Positions 63,955 to 64,000 of a stretch of DNA of 64,000 nucleotides are shown here, piece by piece. The stretch's first letter is position 1. Each line of letters begins with the position of its first letter. The stretch is from Podarcis pityusensis. Its lineage: Eukaryota. The position numbers were made by a program, and so were the translations under genes. The notes below the pieces were generated by a model, which was given only the letters and a program-made list of their open reading frames with translations, made no database searches and was not told the DNA's origin. The stretch lies in assembly GCA_964106645.2 (NCBI GenBank), contig OZ067039.1. One strand, written 5' to 3'.

Positions 63955-64000
63955 AATAATAATAATAATAATAATAATTATTATTATTATTATTATTATT
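63955..64000. repeat. (AAT)n-(ATT)n palindromic microsatellite
   Basis: Two 23-nt arms with no spacer; runs to the window edge. Confidence 0.9.

Larger units (their letters stand above)
1..64000 (+). other. CACNA2D3: Internal part of the CACNA2D3 gene (introns 11-14 by human numbering)
   Basis: Three consecutive exons splice in frame to the alpha2delta-3 peptide [77 protein letters not shown]. The preceding and following exons were not seen in the window. Confidence 0.95.

Noticed and set aside
1-64000. CRISPR arrays, rRNA or true tRNA genes, prokaryotic systems
   Set aside because: Eukaryotic intron; no repeat-spacer arrays; tRNA-like boxes belong to SINE heads.

Overview
Vertebrate genomic DNA, most likely a lacertid lizard (Sauria SINEs, BovB, squamate hAT MITEs). 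The whole window lies inside the + strand gene CACNA2D3 (voltage-gated Ca2+ channel alpha2delta-3). It contains only three coding exons, which splice in frame: 24546-24624 (79 nt, [27 protein letters not shown]), 30921-31054 (134 nt, GFFTQ...YVDST) and an 18-nt microexon at 56827-56844 (LPQAQK) that the ORF track misses. The rest is intron rich in SINEs, L2/CR1/RTE fragments, solo LTRs, a DIRS-like terminal unit, a dead Penelope hammerhead relic, MITEs and microsatellites. I found no clear novel gene system, and the other ORFs look spurious or TE-derived. The best leads are: two old local direct duplications bracketing exon 13 and the microexon (one with a selectively conserved 99-nt TATA-containing core), the microexon's splicing architecture, a stop-free 213-nt exon 12-13 block that could circularise, and a highly structured DIRS-like terminus. 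TE family names and exon numbers come from recalled consensus/human data, not a database search; repeat boundaries without a TSD/TIR are approximate.
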